This document shows positions 1 to 8,564 of a stretch of 64,000 bases of DNA, in pieces. This DNA is from an uncultured delta proteobacterium. Its GTDB lineage: Bacteria > Myxococcota_A > UBA9160 > SZUA-336. The translations under genes and the position numbers were made by a program. The notes beneath the pieces were generated by a model. That model searched no databases. It saw only the letters and a program-made list of their open reading frames with translations, and was not told the DNA's origin. Location: positions 512,001-576,000 of the forward strand of contig CAVPHD010000004.1 of NCBI GenBank assembly GCA_963704165.1, written 5' to 3'. Each line of letters begins with the position of its first letter. Position 1 is the stretch's first letter.

Positions 1-30
1 CGGCGACCATCACCGGGGCGTGAGAGGGGT

Positions 31-465
31 TCACCGCGTCGCGCCGCGCAGGTAGCGCGAGTTCTCGGCCTCGTGCTCCTGGGTGCTTTCGATCTCCGCC
101 TGGTAACGCACGCGATCCCAGATCTCGACGCGGTCGGTGAGTCCCAGGAACGTGATCTCGCGGTCGATCCGAACCAGGCGCCGCAGCGTCGGTGGAATCA
201 GGATGCGTCCGGCTCGATCGACACTGCATGGCGTCGCGTGTCCGATGATCAAGCGTTCGAGCGCCTCGGCTGCGTCGTTCAGCACGTCGTCCGACAGCCG
301 CTGTCGGATCTTGTCGAACTTCTCGGCCGGGTAGATCGCGAGACAGCGCGATCGTGCGGTGAGCCAGGGTGGCTGGCTTCCGCGCGTCAAAAGGTCGCGG
401 AAGTCCTTGGGAAGGCTGGTGCGCCCCTTCTCATCGAGAACGTGCTCGTGGCACCCCCAGAACAT
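31..465 (-). CDS. mraZ: Division/cell wall cluster transcriptional repressor MraZ
   Basis: Two MraZ repeats (LDEKGRTSLP, VDRAGRILIP) and EIWD; ATG at 465 (MFWG) fits the family N-terminus. Confidence 0.93.
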   Translation of the reverse strand: MFWGCHEHVLDEKGRTSLPKDFRDLLTRGSQPPWLTARSRCLAIYPAEKFDKIRQRLSDDVLNDAAEALERLIIGHATPCSVDRAGRILIPPTLRRLVRIDREITFLGLTDRVEIWDRVRYQAEIESTQEHEAENSRYLRGATR

Positions 466-491
466 TCTTCCACCGGCCCCCGCACGCACCG

Positions 492-564
492 GTGGGAAGG
501 GGGTTCCAAGGACCCGGCACTCCCCCCCTGAACAGCACCTTGGGTCCTTGGAACCCTATCCCAC
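492..564 (-). other. Long hairpin in the mraZ 5' leader
   Basis: Perfect 15-bp inverted repeat 501-515/542-556, extended by 492-497/559-564 and an inner helix with G-U pairs. Confidence 0.6.
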
Positions 565-602
565 TGCGTCCCACCATACAGCCACTTCATCCCAGCGGTC
601 AA
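560..602 (-). promoter_or_regulatory. mraZ/dcw promoter with MraZ-type GTGGG direct repeats
   Basis: Minus strand TTGACC-N18-TATGGT overlapped by CTGGG/GTGGC/GTGGG/GTGGG at 10-11 bp spacing (595-591, 585-581, 574-570, 564-560). Confidence 0.75.
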
Positions 603-724
603 CACTTTTTCACGAAAAAACCGAAAGAAATCCGGTCTCTGCGGGCGATCTCGCCAAGTGCGGCTGGAGCCCCTGCCGGTTGAGGTGAGTCGAGTCACAG
701 CCGCAATATCTGGGGCCTCGGGAG

Positions 725-1777
725 TCACGCTTGAACGCGCCGCGCGAGGGTCGGCCAGAAGCCGGCGTGCGCCTCGCGAAGAAATCCGACGAGCTCCTTC
801 CCGTGCTCGCTCGCGGATTCGAAGTCGTGTGTCGCCGGCGCGGGGCTCGCCAGCACGCGGACGGTCTCGGCGACCGAATCGGCGAGCGCATCGAGGTCGT
901 ACCCGCCCTCGAGTGCCAGGACGATGCGCCCACCGCAAGTCTCGTCCGCGATCGCACACAGGCGCTCCGTCAAGCGACCGAACCCGCGCGTCGTCACGCG
1001 CATCGCACCGAGCGGATCGCGTTCGTGCGCATCGAACCCGGCCGAGACCAGGATGATCTCGGGCTCGAACGCGAGCAGGGTCGGCGTCAACACCTGATCG
1101 AAGAGCGGTCCGTACTCCGCGTCCCCACAAGCCTCGGGCAGCGGGAGGTTGAGGGTCGCGCCGAGGCCGTCCCCTTGTCCGTGCTCGTCGAGCGCTCCGG
1201 TCCCCGGATAGAAGGGAAACTGGTGCAGCGACGCGAAGAGCACGTCGCGATCCGACTCGAAGGCGTGCTGCGTGCCGTTGCCGTGGTGTACGTCCCAATC
1301 GACGATCGCGATCCTTTCGATGCCGGTCTGCGCGAGCAGCGCGCGCGCGGCGATCGCGATGTTGTTCAGCAGGCAGAAGCCCATCGGCGCGTCGTGCTCC
1401 GCGTGGTGGCCGGGCGGGCGAAGCGCCGCAAAGGCCCGGGTGGCCTCGCCGCGAGCGACGCGGAGCGAAGCCTCGACGAGCGATCCGGCTGCGAGTCGCG
1501 CGATTTCGACCGAGCGCGGCGAGCAGTAGGTGTCGGGATCGAGTCGGCGCGTCTGGCCCACACACGAATCGAGCGCGTCGAGGTAGCCGCGCTCGTGAAC
1601 TTCGAGCACCTCCTCGTCGGTCGCCGCTCGCGGCTCGAGCGTGCGGATCGAGTCGCCAAGCGTTTCGAGCGCGCGATCGACGGCGACGAGCCGCTCCGGG
1701 CGTTCGGGATGCGCGCGAGCGGGCACGTGTTCGCGAAAACGGGGATCACGGACGACGAGCGGTCGGGGGTCACGCAT
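725..1777 (-). CDS. Histone deacetylase family protein (Zn-dependent amidohydrolase)
   Basis: RPPGHHA, DWDVHHGNGTQ, SAGFD and EGGY motifs. Confidence 0.93.
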   Translation of the reverse strand: MRDPRPLVVRDPRFREHVPARAHPERPERLVAVDRALETLGDSIRTLEPRAATDEEVLEVHERGYLDALDSCVGQTRRLDPDTYCSPRSVEIARLAAGSLVEASLRVARGEATRAFAALRPPGHHAEHDAPMGFCLLNNIAIAARALLAQTGIERIAIVDWDVHHGNGTQHAFESDRDVLFASLHQFPFYPGTGALDEHGQGDGLGATLNLPLPEACGDAEYGPLFDQVLTPTLLAFEPEIILVSAGFDAHERDPLGAMRVTTRGFGRLTERLCAIADETCGGRIVLALEGGYDLDALADSVAETVRVLASPAPATHDFESASEHGKELVGFLREAHAGFWPTLARRVQA

Positions 1778-1834
1778 CGAAATCGATCATAGCGGTGATT
1801 GACACCCTCTCACCCATGACCGATACAGGCCATC

Positions 1835-2833
1835 GTGAGCGCGAGACGAGCGCCCCGCAGCGTCGAGCCGCGGCCGACGGTCGCGATCACGGGCCTCGGT
1901 ACCTTCACGGGTGCGCACATTGCAGAGCGGCTACTCGAGCAGGATCCGCCCGTGCGGGTCGTCGGCCTCGACCTGCGCCAGCCGAGGCGTCTCGAGGGAC
2001 GCGTGCGGTTCCACCGCGTCGATCTGACCGAGCCGACCGCCGACAGCATCGTCGCCGAGATCCTCGAGAAGGAGCGCTGCGAGACGATCCTGCACGCGGC
2101 CTTCTTCACCGATCCCCATCCGGACGTCGAGTACTCCCACGAACTCGAGGTGGTCGGGTCGCTGCACGTGATGAACGCCGCGGCCGCTTCGGGAGTGAGG
2201 AAGCTCGTCGTCACCAGCACCGCGCAGGTCTACGGACCGCACCCGGACAACCCGAACTTCCTGACGGAAGAACACCCGCTTCGACCGCCCCGCGGCGCAC
2301 ATTCGCTCCGCGACCGGGCGGAGGTCGAGGGACTGCTCCGCATCTTCGCGCAACGCCACCGTTCGCTCGTCGTGACGTCGCTTCGGCCCTGCTGGATCGT
2401 CGGTCCGAGCTATGCATCGGCGGTCACGCGAAGGCTCGAGGTCGGTCGCGTGCTCACGCTGCTCGGCTACGACCCGCTGCTGCAGTTCCTGCACGAATCC
2501 GACTGGCTCGATGCCGTCGAGCTCGCACTCGAACGTGATGCGCCCGGCGCCTTCAACCTCGCCGCGGACGGCGTGCTGCCGCTCTCGACGCTGCTGCGAC
2601 TGGCGGGAAAGCGCGCCTTGCCGCTCCCGCATCCGTTGCTCCATCGAATCACCTACCTCGAGTCGATCGCGCGAACCGGAGATCCGCCCGCGGCCTTCTT
2701 CGACTACCTGCGCTTCCTCTGGATCGTCGATACCGCCCGCGCTCGCTTTGAGCTCGGCTTCGATCCCGTCTACACGACGAAGGAGGCGTGGATGAGCTTC
2801 GTCGTCGAGCGCAAGCTCCGGGGCTACCGGTGA
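1835..2833 (+). CDS. NAD-dependent epimerase/dehydratase family protein (atypical SDR)
   Basis: N-terminal ITGLGTFTG, HAAF, STAQVYG, QFLHESD; no clear YxxxK. Confidence 0.85.
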   Translation: MSARRAPRSVEPRPTVAITGLGTFTGAHIAERLLEQDPPVRVVGLDLRQPRRLEGRVRFHRVDLTEPTADSIVAEILEKERCETILHAAFFTDPHPDVEYSHELEVVGSLHVMNAAAASGVRKLVVTSTAQVYGPHPDNPNFLTEEHPLRPPRGAHSLRDRAEVEGLLRIFAQRHRSLVVTSLRPCWIVGPSYASAVTRRLEVGRVLTLLGYDPLLQFLHESDWLDAVELALERDAPGAFNLAADGVLPLSTLLRLAGKRALPLPHPLLHRITYLESIARTGDPPAAFFDYLRFLWIVDTARARFELGFDPVYTTKEAWMSFVVERKLRGYR

Positions 2834-3909
2834 GCCCGCCGGGCGCATCCGACGAGAGCGAGCGCGCTCGGCTCGAGCTTCTCGACGAGCTGCGCGCATC
2901 GGTGCGCTCGCTGCGCTTCGAGCTCGACCATCGGTTCGGCATCCGCGATGGCGGTCCGCCCGAGAGCGAAGCTGCGATCGACGACCCGGAGATCGAGGAC
3001 CCGCCGGCCGAGTCCGGTAGCGGCTTCTTCGAGGGGCTCGCCCGCCAGCTTCGCGGGCGCCTCGAGGACATCGACATCGTGAAGCTCTACGAGGCGCTGC
3101 GCGAACGCGTCTCGATCCCGGGCGCGGCGGACGTGTCCGCCGAAGTCGACGAGCTCGGGCTCGATGCGCAGTACCTGACGCGCGCGCGACGCTGGCTCGA
3201 CTGGCTCTTCGACTCGTGGTGGCGCGTGCAGGTCACGGGAATCGAGCTGATCCCGGACGCGAGCCGCGTGCTCTTCGTCGCCAACTCGTCGGGGATCCTG
3301 CCGTGGGATGGCCTGATGGTCGCGCACGCGGTCGAGCGTCTGCACCCCTCCGGCCGGCGTCCCCGTCCGCTCGTCGCGGACTGGCTCGCGACGCTGCCTT
3401 TCTCTCAATCGAGGCTGGCGCGTCTGGGCGCGGTTCGAGCCTGCACCGAGAACGCCGAGCGGCTTCTGCTCGCCGATCAATGGGTGATCGCGTTTCCGGA
3501 GGGACAGAAGGGCGCGCTCAAACCGTTTCGCGATCGCTACCGACTGCGGCGCTTCGCGCGCGGCGGCTTCGTGCCGCTCGCCGCGCGCCTGCGCGCCGCG
3601 ATCGTCCCCGTCGCCGTCGTCGGAGCCGAGGAGCTCTACCCGATCCTGTTCGAACCGCGACTGCTTCGACGGCTGTTGGGCGTTCCCGTTCCGATCACCC
3701 CCACGTTCCCACTCCTGGGTCCGCTCGGAGTCATTCCGCTTCCGAGTCACTGGCGGATCCGTTTTGGCGAGCCCATCTGGTTCGACGACGATTCGCGGGA
3801 GCGCGTCTCGGATCCCCTCTACGTGAATCGCACCCGCGAGCAGGTGCGCGGAGCCGTTCAAGCCCTGCTTGAAGAAGAGCTGCCACGTCGCCGATCCATA
3901 TTCTCCTGA
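2830..3909 (+). CDS. Lysophospholipid acyltransferase (PlsC-like) family protein; catalytic His apparently replaced
   Basis: VANSSGILPWDG, FPEG, RGGFV, IVPVAVVGAEE; GTG start overlaps the upstream stop (GTGA). Confidence 0.85.
   Translation: MSPPGASDESERARLELLDELRASVRSLRFELDHRFGIRDGGPPESEAAIDDPEIEDPPAESGSGFFEGLARQLRGRLEDIDIVKLYEALRERVSIPGAADVSAEVDELGLDAQYLTRARRWLDWLFDSWWRVQVTGIELIPDASRVLFVANSSGILPWDGLMVAHAVERLHPSGRRPRPLVADWLATLPFSQSRLARLGAVRACTENAERLLLADQWVIAFPEGQKGALKPFRDRYRLRRFARGGFVPLAARLRAAIVPVAVVGAEELYPILFEPRLLRRLLGVPVPITPTFPLLGPLGVIPLPSHWRIRFGEPIWFDDDSRERVSDPLYVNRTREQVRGAVQALLEEELPRRRSIFS
3870..3897 (+). promoter_or_regulatory. Putative sigma28-type promoter of the S8 peptidase gene
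   Basis: TGAAG-N15-GCCGATCC, 28 nt before ATG 3926. Confidence 0.4.
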
Positions 3910-3925
3910 TGCGAGATCGTTCCTG

Positions 3926-5488
3926 ATGGCATCGGCGGCCGCGGACTCCTTGCCGGACGAACGGTCGCTTCACGTCTCGCGCGGTACGGGAGCGGCGTGC
4001 GTTCTGGCGCTCATCCTCGCCGTGACGCTCGAGGCGTCCGCACAGGGCGGAGGAGAACGCATCGCGCTGAAGCTGCGCGATGGAAGCCAGGCATCGCTCG
4101 AACGCGGTCAGCTCGTCGCGCGGGGGGCCGATCTGACCGAGCTGCACCGAGTACTGGCGGAGTTCGACCTCCGTCCGGGCGCGTTGTCCCCCACCTTCGT
4201 GCGAAGTCCGGCGGCTCTGCGAGCCGAGCACGCGCTCGCCGAGCGCAGGGGCGGACGCCGGCTCGGTGAGCTCGCGCTCTTCTTCAACCTCGAAGTCGCG
4301 CCGGGAACCGACGTGGCCGCATTCGTCGCCGCGCTCCGCGCGCTCCCCGAGGTCGAGAGCGCCGACCCCTGGCCGAAGCCCGCACCACCGCCGTTCGACC
4401 TCGATCCACCCACGCCCGACTACTCCGCGCTGCAGACGTTCAAGGCGGCTGCGCCCGTCGGCATCGGCGCCGCCGGCTTCGTCGGAATCACGGGCGCGGA
4501 CGGCTACGGGACACGCTTCGTCGATGTCGAGTACGAGTGGCGCCTCGACCACGAGGATCTCGAGCTTGCCGCGAGTACGGTGGTCCCGGTTGGAACCGCG
4601 GTGAATCCGTTTCCCGACGACGGCAGTCACGGAAATGCGGTGCTCGGCCTGTTGTCCGCGCGCGCGAACGGGTACGGCGTCACCGGGCTCGTGCCGGCGT
4701 CGCAGGTCCGTGTCGCCGCCGCGCAGACGGCGGAGCACGGCTGGGACGTCGGGCGCGCGATCGAGCAGGCGATCGTGGCCTTCGGCCCGACCGTGGGCCC
4801 CGGTGACCTGATCCTGATCGAGCAGCAGATGTACGTCTGCGGTTTCGATGGCTCCGGCGGGGGCCAGACGGGCGCGGGTCCAGTCGAGGGATATCCGGCC
4901 TGGCGTGCCGCGATCGCGACCGCCACGGCGCTCGGTGTCATCGTCGTCGAGGCGGCGGGCAACGGCGGTGTCGATCTCGACGCGCCGAGCTGCAACGGCG
5001 TCTTCGATCGCGGGCTCGGAGATACCGGTGCGATCGTGGTCGGTGCGGGATCGGCTTCGTCGCGCGCGCCGCTCGCCTATGCGTCCTACGGCAGCCGCGT
5101 CGACGTTCAGGGAGTCGCGGAGGGCATCGTGACGCTCGGCGGGGGCTCGCTCTTCGGCGGCGGCGACCCGTTGCAGAAGTATCAGTCGAACTTCGGGGGC
5201 TCTTCGTCCGCCGCTGCGATCGTGGCCGGCGTCGCGCTCGCGGTGCAAGGCCTGCGACGGGCGGGCGGCCACGCGCCGCTCGACCCGTTCGCACTTCGCG
5301 ACCTGCTCGTGCAGACCGGCACGCCGCAGGCGCCCGATCCGCGTCAGATCGGGCCGCTGCCGGATCTCGGTCAGGCCTACGCCATCGGTGTACCGGCGCT
5401 GTTGATCCGGACGCTGCCCTACTGGGCGGCGCTCGCGCTGTGTGGGCTGCTGCTCGCCGCCGTCGCGATCCGGATGCGCGCGCGCTAG
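3926..5488 (+). CDS. Secreted S8 (subtilisin-like) serine peptidase with C-terminal sorting/anchor segment
   Basis: Signal-like stretch ending ASA; VDVE, SHGNAV, AAGNG, GGSSSAAAIVAG; C-terminal TM plus basic tail; start uncertain (3926 or 3950). Confidence 0.85.
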   Translation: MASAAADSLPDERSLHVSRGTGAACVLALILAVTLEASAQGGGERIALKLRDGSQASLERGQLVARGADLTELHRVLAEFDLRPGALSPTFVRSPAALRAEHALAERRGGRRLGELALFFNLEVAPGTDVAAFVAALRALPEVESADPWPKPAPPPFDLDPPTPDYSALQTFKAAAPVGIGAAGFVGITGADGYGTRFVDVEYEWRLDHEDLELAASTVVPVGTAVNPFPDDGSHGNAVLGLLSARANGYGVTGLVPASQVRVAAAQTAEHGWDVGRAIEQAIVAFGPTVGPGDLILIEQQMYVCGFDGSGGGQTGAGPVEGYPAWRAAIATATALGVIVVEAAGNGGVDLDAPSCNGVFDRGLGDTGAIVVGAGSASSRAPLAYASYGSRVDVQGVAEGIVTLGGGSLFGGGDPLQKYQSNFGGSSSAAAIVAGVALAVQGLRRAGGHAPLDPFALRDLLVQTGTPQAPDPRQIGPLPDLGQAYAIGVPALLIRTLPYWAALALCGLLLAAVAIRMRAR

Positions 5489-6036
5489 AGGGAGCGCTCG
5501 CGCGGACGATCCACGGTCGCGAGTCGGGCCTCGAAGCTCTCGAGCGCGGTCGCGAGCCGTTCGAGGTTCTTGTTCAGCGCCTCGAGGTCGCCGCGCGTCG
5601 GCAGATCGGCCACGTGCAGCACGTGCTCGACCGCGGCGTGGACCGTTCGCGTGATCTCGGACGGGTCGAACGGTGCGCCGTCGCCAGGAGTACGAATCCA
5701 GCGTCGCATGTTGTCGCGCATCTCGTTCAGGTTGGTCTCGACGTCCCCTACACCGCGCCGCACCAGGCTGTAGAGGGCGTCTCCACCGCGTTGGATCAGC
5801 TCGGTGAGAAGCGTGCCGGAGACTGCAGAGTCGCGGTCTCCGCGATTCCCCCGCTGATCATCCACCAGGATCTGCGACAGCACGATCGGCGTGATCTCCT
5901 CGCCGGTCTCGTTGTCGATCACGCAGATGTCGTGACCCTCGCGCACGAGCTCGGAGATCCCTTTCAACGTGATGTACCGGCTCGACTCCGTGTTGTAGAG
6001 CTTCCGGTTCGCGTAGCGCTTGATCAGGATCGCCAT
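5485..6036 (-). CDS. Polyhydroxyalkanoate synthesis regulator (PhaR-type DNA-binding domain) with phasin-like C-terminus
   Basis: IKRYANRKLYNTESSRYITL...IDNETGEEIT...LSQI; C-terminal LPTRGDLEALNKNLERL. Confidence 0.88.
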   Translation of the reverse strand: MAILIKRYANRKLYNTESSRYITLKGISELVREGHDICVIDNETGEEITPIVLSQILVDDQRGNRGDRDSAVSGTLLTELIQRGGDALYSLVRRGVGDVETNLNEMRDNMRRWIRTPGDGAPFDPSEITRTVHAAVEHVLHVADLPTRGDLEALNKNLERLATALESFEARLATVDRPRERSL

Positions 6037-6341
6037 CGGTCGCGAGTATCCCACCGCACCTTGGGTCGGTCAAACCCTTCGCGCTCGCGCTTCCGTCGCG
6101 TGTGGACGCTCGGCGCGATCGCATCGGAGAGCGCGGCGAAGATCTCGCGCACGCGCTCGGCGGCCGGATCGTGGGCGGCGCGCTCCGCCCAGCGCTTCTC
6201 TTCCGCGCGAAGTGCGGCGCGCACGCGCTCGAGGGAAGGCGCGCTTCCGCCGAGCACGCTGGCCCCGGAAGCGAGCGCGAGAGCGAGCTCTTGCGCGGAG
6301 CGCACGAGATGCTCGAGCGCGCGTTGACCGGGGTCAGGCAT
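6024..6341 (-). CDS. Hypothetical helical protein in the ArsA-phaR operon
   Basis: Fills the gap between the second arsA-like gene and phaR, overlapping both. Confidence 0.6.
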   Translation of the reverse strand: MPDPGQRALEHLVRSAQELALALASGASVLGGSAPSLERVRAALRAEEKRWAERAAHDPAAERVREIFAALSDAIAPSVHTRRKREREGFDRPKVRWDTRDRWRS

Positions 6342-7512
6342 CGGCCTTCGGCGCGAAGATCAGACTCCCGATGCGCGCGAGCGCCTCGAGCTCGTGAACG
6401 TCCTCGCTGAAGAGCGGCACCACGCGCACGGCATCGGCCTCGAGCGGCAGTGCCTTCTCGAGCCGTGCCCGCACCGCGAGGTCGCGACGCGCGAGCGCGG
6501 CCTGCGCCCGCGTCGACGCGACCAACGCGCGCGCGCTGCTCGCGGAGTCGAGTTCGGGCGCGGCCGCGTCGATCGCGCCCGTCAGCCACGAGATCGCGCG
6601 CTCCACTTCCTGAACGTCGTCGGCGGGAGGATCGCCGGCGCCGGGCCAGGTGTGCACGCGATTCAAGACCAGTCCGGCGAGCTGGATCCCTTCCTCTTGC
6701 AGACGCCGCCAGAAGGATTCCGCGCTCTTCGCCTGTTGGAGATCGGGCCCCGCCACCAGCACGAAGCCGCAGATCGGGTCGCGAAGCAGACCGGCGACCT
6801 CGCGCGCGCGCTCGGAGAAGCCGCCGAGCATCTCCTCGAAGGCGAGCAGGAACTCGGAGATCGACGTCAGGAACTCGAGTCCGGTGATCCGCTCGAGACC
6901 GCGCATCATCAGCTCCGACCCGGAGCGGAAGAGGCGAAAGCTGGCCCGTCCGACGACCGCGGCGGGGTGGAGGAGCACCGTCAGGAACTGGCTCTCGAGA
7001 AATCCGGCGAGCCGGCGCGGCGCGTCCAGGAAGTCGAGCGCGTGGGAGGCGGGGGGCGTGTCGAGCACGATCAGATCGTACTCCCCGTCGGCGTGGATCT
7101 GGCGCAGCTTTTCCATCGCCGAGTACTCGCGGCTCCCGCCGAGCGCGTCGGTCAGGTTTCGATAGATCGGATTCGAGTAGATCCGCGCGCGCGCGTCCGG
7201 ATCGGAGGCGAAGCGCTCGACGAGCTCGTCGAACGTGCGCTTGGTGTCGAGCATGAGTGCGGCGAGCTTGCCGTCGCCCGTCACACCCGCTTCGCGCAGT
7301 CGGTCGCGCGGAACCTCGCGGGGAACGTGGTCGAGCGCGCCGGTTCCCAGCGCGTCCGCGAGCCGTCGCGCGGGATCGATCGTCATCACGAGCACGGACT
7401 TCCCGGCGCGCGCGCCGGCGAGGCCCAGCGCTGCGGCGATGGTGGTCTTGCCGACGCCTCCGGTGCCGACGGTGACGAGAACGCGACAGTCGAGCCAGCG
7501 TTCGGGTTTCAC
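6334..7512 (-). CDS. ArsA/Get3-family ATPase, subunit lacking the signature lysine
   Basis: GTGGVGKTT, TIDPARRLA, DTPP, LDFLDAP; GTG start overlaps upstream TGA. Confidence 0.9.
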   Translation of the reverse strand: MKPERWLDCRVLVTVGTGGVGKTTIAAALGLAGARAGKSVLVMTIDPARRLADALGTGALDHVPREVPRDRLREAGVTGDGKLAALMLDTKRTFDELVERFASDPDARARIYSNPIYRNLTDALGGSREYSAMEKLRQIHADGEYDLIVLDTPPASHALDFLDAPRRLAGFLESQFLTVLLHPAAVVGRASFRLFRSGSELMMRGLERITGLEFLTSISEFLLAFEEMLGGFSERAREVAGLLRDPICGFVLVAGPDLQQAKSAESFWRRLQEEGIQLAGLVLNRVHTWPGAGDPPADDVQEVERAISWLTGAIDAAAPELDSASSARALVASTRAQAALARRDLAVRARLEKALPLEADAVRVVPLFSEDVHELEALARIGSLIFAPKADA

Positions 7513-8510
7513 TTCGAGACCTCGGCTCGCGACTGCGCGAGCGCCGCTCCGAGATGATCGGCGAGCGCGGCGACGCCGGATGGACCATCCACGCCCTGAT
7601 CGAGCCAGGGCAGAACGACCGGAGCGACGCCGAACTCGCCTTCGAGTCGGGCGAGGAACCCCGCCTGCATGCGCGTGCGAGAGAGCCGATGTCGCACGGA
7701 GGCACAGAGCGCGACGGGCTCCACGAGCGGAGACGGGGCGCTCGCGGCGTCGAGGGACGCGACGACCTCCAGCACGCGCTCGGCGTCGGGCAGCGCGAGC
7801 GGGGGCTCGACTCCGTTCGCGATCACCGGACCGAGCGCGAGCCCGAGCTCGCGAATCCGCGCGCGCAGCTCGAGCGTCTCGTTCACCGGTAGCTCCTCGA
7901 GCAGGCTGACGATCAGGACCGCCGTTCGAGCGGGGTCCGTGAGCAGCGCTTGAACCAGATCGGTGTTCCGGCGAAGCGGGCCGATCCGCACGGTGTCGAG
8001 GATCACCGTCGGGGTCGAGAGCAGGGAGAGCCCATGGCCGGTCGCGGGTGCGTCGATCACGATCAGCGGCCAGAGCGCTGATCCCTTCGAATCCTCGAGC
8101 GAGACCAGGTGCCAGAGCTTTCCCAGCGTGATCAGCTCGCGCCAGCCGGGCGCCGCCTCGAGAAAGCGTTGGAAGCCCGCGTTCCCGACGATCGCCCGCG
8201 CCAGGGCGCGCACGCGGATCTGCAGCTCCAGGTATTCGAGCAGGGCCTCCTCGGGAAGGATCCGAAGCGTGAACAGATTGGGCGCAGCCCGGACCGGATC
8301 GCGCCGCGGGTTCGCACTTGCGAGAGGCCGGTTCTCGCAGAGCAGATCCGGCAGCACCGACGTGTGGCCGAGCTCGACGACGAGCGTTTTGACGCCGGCG
8401 TCCGAGGCGAGTCGGCCGAGCGCCGCGGCGACGCTCGTCTTGCCGGTGCCACCCTTGCCGGTGACGAGCAAGAGGCGCCGCGCGAGCAGTTGCTTCGTCA
8501 GTTCCGACAT
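7509..8510 (-). CDS. ArsA/Get3-family ATPase, subunit lacking the switch-I DPA motif
   Basis: GKGGTGKTS, APGWREL, DAPATGH, EELPVNET. Confidence 0.9.
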   Translation of the reverse strand: MSELTKQLLARRLLLVTGKGGTGKTSVAAALGRLASDAGVKTLVVELGHTSVLPDLLCENRPLASANPRRDPVRAAPNLFTLRILPEEALLEYLELQIRVRALARAIVGNAGFQRFLEAAPGWRELITLGKLWHLVSLEDSKGSALWPLIVIDAPATGHGLSLLSTPTVILDTVRIGPLRRNTDLVQALLTDPARTAVLIVSLLEELPVNETLELRARIRELGLALGPVIANGVEPPLALPDAERVLEVVASLDAASAPSPLVEPVALCASVRHRLSRTRMQAGFLARLEGEFGVAPVVLPWLDQGVDGPSGVAALADHLGAALAQSRAEVSK

Positions 8511-8519
8511 CGGCGCACC

Positions 8520-8547
8520 TCAAGCGGAGCGACGCTCGCGCCGACCG
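8520..8547 (+). promoter_or_regulatory. Putative sigma28-type promoter of the zinc-ribbon protein gene
   Basis: TCAAG-N15-GCCGACCG in a 54-nt intergenic gap, 17 nt before ATG 8565. Confidence 0.55.
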
Positions 8548-8564
8548 GGGAGTGGGGCCCATGA

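Noticed and set aside
1..10. Possible start of rsmH (ATG at 10, minus strand) after mraZ
   Set aside because: Only three codons visible; expected from synteny but not supportable from the sequence
6334..8510. Arsenic resistance operon
   Set aside because: No arsB/acr3/arsC/arsR/arsD nearby and no obvious metalloid-binding Cys set
6334..8562. Apparent 742-aa ArsA ORF, and similar long ORFs 18038-21091, 19891-22791 and 47964-50099
   Set aside because: The N-terminal parts are off-frame read-through of the upstream gene; real starts are at 7512, 19475, 21091 and 49034
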